Position numbers and translations under genes: made by a program
Shown: one piece after another, positions 8,056 through 10,800 of the stretch
Layout of the letters: every line of letters starts with the position of its first letter
Position numbering within the stretch: position 1 is the stretch's first letter
Assembly (NCBI GenBank): GCA_964619725.1
Contig: CAZUFC010000202.1
Coordinates: 1-10,800, forward strand
Origin: an uncultured bacterium
GTDB taxonomy: Bacteria > CSSED10-310 > CAZUFC01
DNA length: 10,800 bases
Reading direction: 5' to 3'
The notes under the pieces: model-generated
Told to the model about the DNA's origin: nothing
The model's database searches: none
Seen by the model: the letters and a program-made list of their open reading frames with translations, nothing else

Positions 8056-8376
8056 GCTTTATATTTTTTTTGCTGAAATGAAAAAAAAAAGATGATCTGA
8101 ATCTGAAATACTGTGACGAATTTCAAATTCTGAACTCAATTTGCAGTCGTTTACATACCTTCAAAAAAAGCGGCTCTTTTTGGGAATCATCAACCCCTTA
8201 AATTAAATCAATAGGTTGCCGTCTTATTGAAAATTTTCGCAAGTGTCCGAATCCGTTCTTGCCTGAATGAAATCGGACAAATCGGCTTAAAAAAACATTA
8301 AAAGTGTTCGACAAGATACGTCATTGAATTTTCCGGAGCAAATCGATTTTGCGGACAGGCGTTACTTCGTAAACTC

Positions 8377-8652
8377 TTAGTCGAAGTCATCAGAAGGGCG
8401 TCCCGGCCGGTCCATTTCGTTCAGTCCGTCCAGGCCGTTTTCGTAAAAACGTTTACGCCACTTGCTGACGATTTGCCTCGGTGTATCTATTTTAGTTGCG
8501 ATATCTTTATTAGACAGGCCTTTTTCAGCATATAAAATGATTTTTGCTCTAATAACGTCACGATACGGCAGAGTGTATTTAGCGGCGACATCTTGAAGTA
8601 TTTTTCTTTCGGTATCGGAGAGATTAATTTCGTAGGGGCTTTTTCGTGCCAT
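8377..8652 (-). CDS. Helix-turn-helix protein equivalent to the N-terminal DNA-binding part of an IS630-family transposase, with no catalytic domain
   Basis: RAKIIL..EKG.SN..IA..I......VSKWRKRF.ENGLDGL....RPGRP is the typical IS630 N-terminal signature. Likely start is MARKSPY at 8652 (ORF is open to 8688). It stops 5 residues after GRP, and no DDE ORF follows. Confidence 0.8.
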   Translation of the reverse strand: MARKSPYEINLSDTERKILQDVAAKYTLPYRDVIRAKIILYAEKGLSNKDIATKIDTPRQIVSKWRKRFYENGLDGLNEMDRPGRPSDDFD

Positions 8653-8806
8653 AGCAGTAATGCAGAGATATAGCTGGTTTTTGTCCATAAGGGGCGATTT
8701 TTCCGTTTCTCTGCGTCATTCTTCGGGTTTGTTTGTACTGCGTATGCCCGCTCCGCACAAACTCCTGAATTCCTTGATAAACAAAAAAACAGCTCATTTC
8801 CGGATC

Positions 8807-8872
8807 AAAAACTCGCAGCGCCTGTCCGTTCCGGCCTGCCGAGCAGAAATAATTTTGTGGACAGGCGGCTGC
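8807..8872 (-). terminator. Long-loop GC-rich hairpin followed by T5, possible terminator for the second chemoreceptor
   Basis: GCAGCGCCTGTCC (8815-8827) pairs with GGACAGGCG(G)CTGC (8859-8872) with one bulge. The minus strand continues GAGTTTTTG. Confidence 0.35.
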
Positions 8873-8892
8873 TGGGAATTTTTGGGACAGAT

Positions 8893-8974
8893 AATCTCCC
8901 GCAGGAGCGACAGCCTGCGGGAGATTTTAAACAGCTGAATCAATTGGGGTATTCGGGGTTACAAACAGCTGTTT
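8893..8974 (-). repeat. Conserved 3'-UTR element, copy 2
   Basis: Same 13-bp stem (8893-8905 / 8914-8926) with a different 8-nt loop. AAACAGCTG (8929-8937) and CAGCTGTTT (8966-8974) form a stem around ACCCC-GAAT-ACCCCAAT. Confidence 0.85.
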
Positions 8975-8981
8975 TGAAGTT

Positions 8982-10800
8982 TTAAAAGGAGCTTAACGCA
9001 GCTCCATCCTCATCATTGTTCTGATTGAAAGGAATTACTTTATCAGCATCTTCCTCCTTTTTTTGAGTTAACTGGTTTTTCGGTTTTGGCTGTCCTCTGT
9101 CCTGGTTTTCGTTGATTTGACTGACGAGATGCATGCGATTGCATCCGGAGTTGATCGTATCGACAGACTTAATGTTCCAGTCGTGCCTTTCGTTTGTCCG
9201 GCTGCCCGAAGAATAGACGGCAGCGCTCAATTTGAACGCAGAAATCATTTTCCTCAATTCCTCGGACTGAGCGGACATCTGTTGTGCGGCGCTGGCGGAT
9301 TCTTCTGAATTCGCAGCATTCTGTTGTGTAACCTGGTTCATCTGGTCAACTGCGGTATTAATCTGTTCGATACCTGTGGATTGTTGATCGGAAGCGGTCG
9401 CAATTTCGGTCATAACTTCACTGACCTTATTTATCTGAGAATTTATCTCATCCAGAATCTTAATAACATCCTGATTCAGTTCCACGCCGTTATCCGCGTT
9501 TTTAACCGATTCTTCTATCATATTGGCGGTATTTTTGGCCGCTTCTGCAGACCTCATGGCCAGGTTCCTGACTTCTTCTGCGACGACGGCGAAACCTTTA
9601 CCGGCATCTCCTGCCCGTGCGGCTTCCACGGCTGCGTTCAGCGCCAGCAGATTAGTCTGAAAAGCAATTTCATCAATAGTTTTGACAATTTTTGCGGTAT
9701 CATCTGAAGAGGATTTAATTTTGTCAATAGCTTCAGAGAGCTTGTTCATGCTGTCGACGCCTTTATCCGTCGTCATCCTGGCATTTTCGGATAATGTTTT
9801 GGCTTCTCTGGCGTTGGCCGTATTCTGTTTCGTCATTGATGCCATTTCCTGTATGCTGCTTGATACTTCCTCCAGCGAACTGGCCTGCTCGGAAGCGCCC
9901 TGAGCCACCGCCTGGCTGCCGGCGCCGATCTGTCCCGATGCGGAAGCCACCTGTTCTGAAGCCGTGGAGACCTGCGATAATGCATCGTCCAGGTTTTTCA
10001 GAAGCATGTTGATGTTATTCTTCATTTTACCGAAAGCGCCTTCATACTGCCTTTCAACCCTTCGCGTAAGGTCCTTTTCAGCGGCGTTCTGCAAAGCCTG
10101 GCCGCCGTCTTCGTTTATCAACCCCCTGAGAGATTCAATGCATCTATTGAGATTGTTTTTGATCTCGTTGAAATCGCCTTTGTATTTCTCTGTAATCAGA
10201 TCGGGGATGTCCCCGCGGCTGATCCTGTCCACATATCCTGCGGCCACGTTCAAAGGTCCTATCACGGCATCCAGAGTTTCATTGACGCCTTTGACTATAC
10301 CGCCCCATTTCCCCTGGAATTTTTCCGCTTCTCCACGCACGTCAAGCTCTCCCTCTCTGCCGGCATCAGCCAGTTTCTGCATTTCAGCGACAAGAGCATT
10401 GATGTTCGATATGCACAGGTTGAGGTTATTCTTGATCTCGTTGAAGTCGCCGCTGTATTCATCGGTGATCTGTTCAGGGATATCGCCCTTGGAAATACGG
10501 TCCACGTATTCGGCCGCCACGTTCAATGGAGCGATGATACGGTCAAGCGTGTTGTTGCTCCCCCTGATCATCTCTTGCCACGCGCCTTCATACTTATCGG
10601 CATCAGCGCGGGTATCCAGTTTCCCTTCGTCTGCGGCGCCGGCCAGAGTTCGCATATCATGCACAACAGCGTTGATGTTCGATATGCACAAGTTAAGGTT
10701 ATTCTTGATCTCGTTGAAGTCGCCCTTGTATTCGTCCGATATCGGTTCGGGGATGTCTCCCTTGCTGATCCGGTCAACGTATTCGGCAGCAACGTTCAAA
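8982..10800 (-). CDS. Second poly-HAMP methyl-accepting chemotaxis protein, 5' end outside the window (paralog of 2599..7803)
   Basis: Frame is open to the window edge. Contains three NVAA(E/G)YVDRIS(K/R)GDIP units, an MA domain nearly collinear with the first receptor, and the same KVIPF...LSSF C-terminus. Confidence 0.96.
   Translation of the reverse strand, partial: LNVAAEYVDRISKGDIPEPISDEYKGDFNEIKNNLNLCISNINAVVHDMRTLAGAADEGKLDTRADADKYEGAWQEMIRGSNNTLDRIIAPLNVAAEYVDRISKGDIPEQITDEYSGDFNEIKNNLNLCISNINALVAEMQKLADAGREGELDVRGEAEKFQGKWGGIVKGVNETLDAVIGPLNVAAGYVDRISRGDIPDLITEKYKGDFNEIKNNLNRCIESLRGLINEDGGQALQNAAEKDLTRRVERQYEGAFGKMKNNINMLLKNLDDALSQVSTASEQVASASGQIGAGSQAVAQGASEQASSLEEVSSSIQEMASMTKQNTANAREAKTLSENARMTTDKGVDSMNKLSEAIDKIKSSSDDTAKIVKTIDEIAFQTNLLALNAAVEAARAGDAGKGFAVVAEEVRNLAMRSAEAAKNTANMIEESVKNADNGVELNQDVIKILDEINSQINKVSEVMTEIATASDQQSTGIEQINTAVDQMNQVTQQNAANSEESASAAQQMSAQSEELRKMISAFKLSAAVYSSGSRTNERHDWNIKSVDTINSGCNRMHLVSQINENQDRGQPKPKNQLTQKKEEDADKVIPFNQNNDEDGAALSSF

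Noticed and set aside
8162..8182. AAAAAG-cggct-CTTTTT weak hairpin; GCCGATTT sigma-28-like -10 near 8279-8286
   Set aside because: The stem is almost all A/T, and there is no TAAA -35 element at the required spacing.
8660..8938. Plus-strand 92-aa ORF
   Set aside because: Spans hairpins and the conserved non-coding element, with no protein-like motifs.
10568..10792. Alternative-frame minus-strand ORF (74 aa)
   Set aside because: Nested out of frame within the second chemoreceptor.

Overview
Bacterial chemosensory/accessory region. It holds two paralogous, co-oriented minus-strand chemoreceptors: a complete 1734-aa cytoplasmic receptor (Cys-rich PAS, poly-HAMP array, tandem Aer/BdlA-like PAS pair, second poly-HAMP array, MA signalling domain) and the 3' part of a second one. 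Between them lies a stand-alone IS630-type HTH ORF bracketed by a GGACAGGCG motif. A convergent plus-strand gene encodes a lipoprotein-type sulfatase-fold enzyme with Thr in place of the usual Cys/Ser. Two features stand out as unannotated. One is a ~80-nt two-hairpin element with C-rich loops, conserved directly after both chemoreceptor stop codons although the adjacent coding linkers have diverged. The other is a 66-aa Cys/Asp-repeat small ORF with a perfect Shine-Dalgarno, hidden in a hexamer repeat and divergent from the sulfatase-like gene. All calls were made by eye, with no database searches, and novelty is not established.
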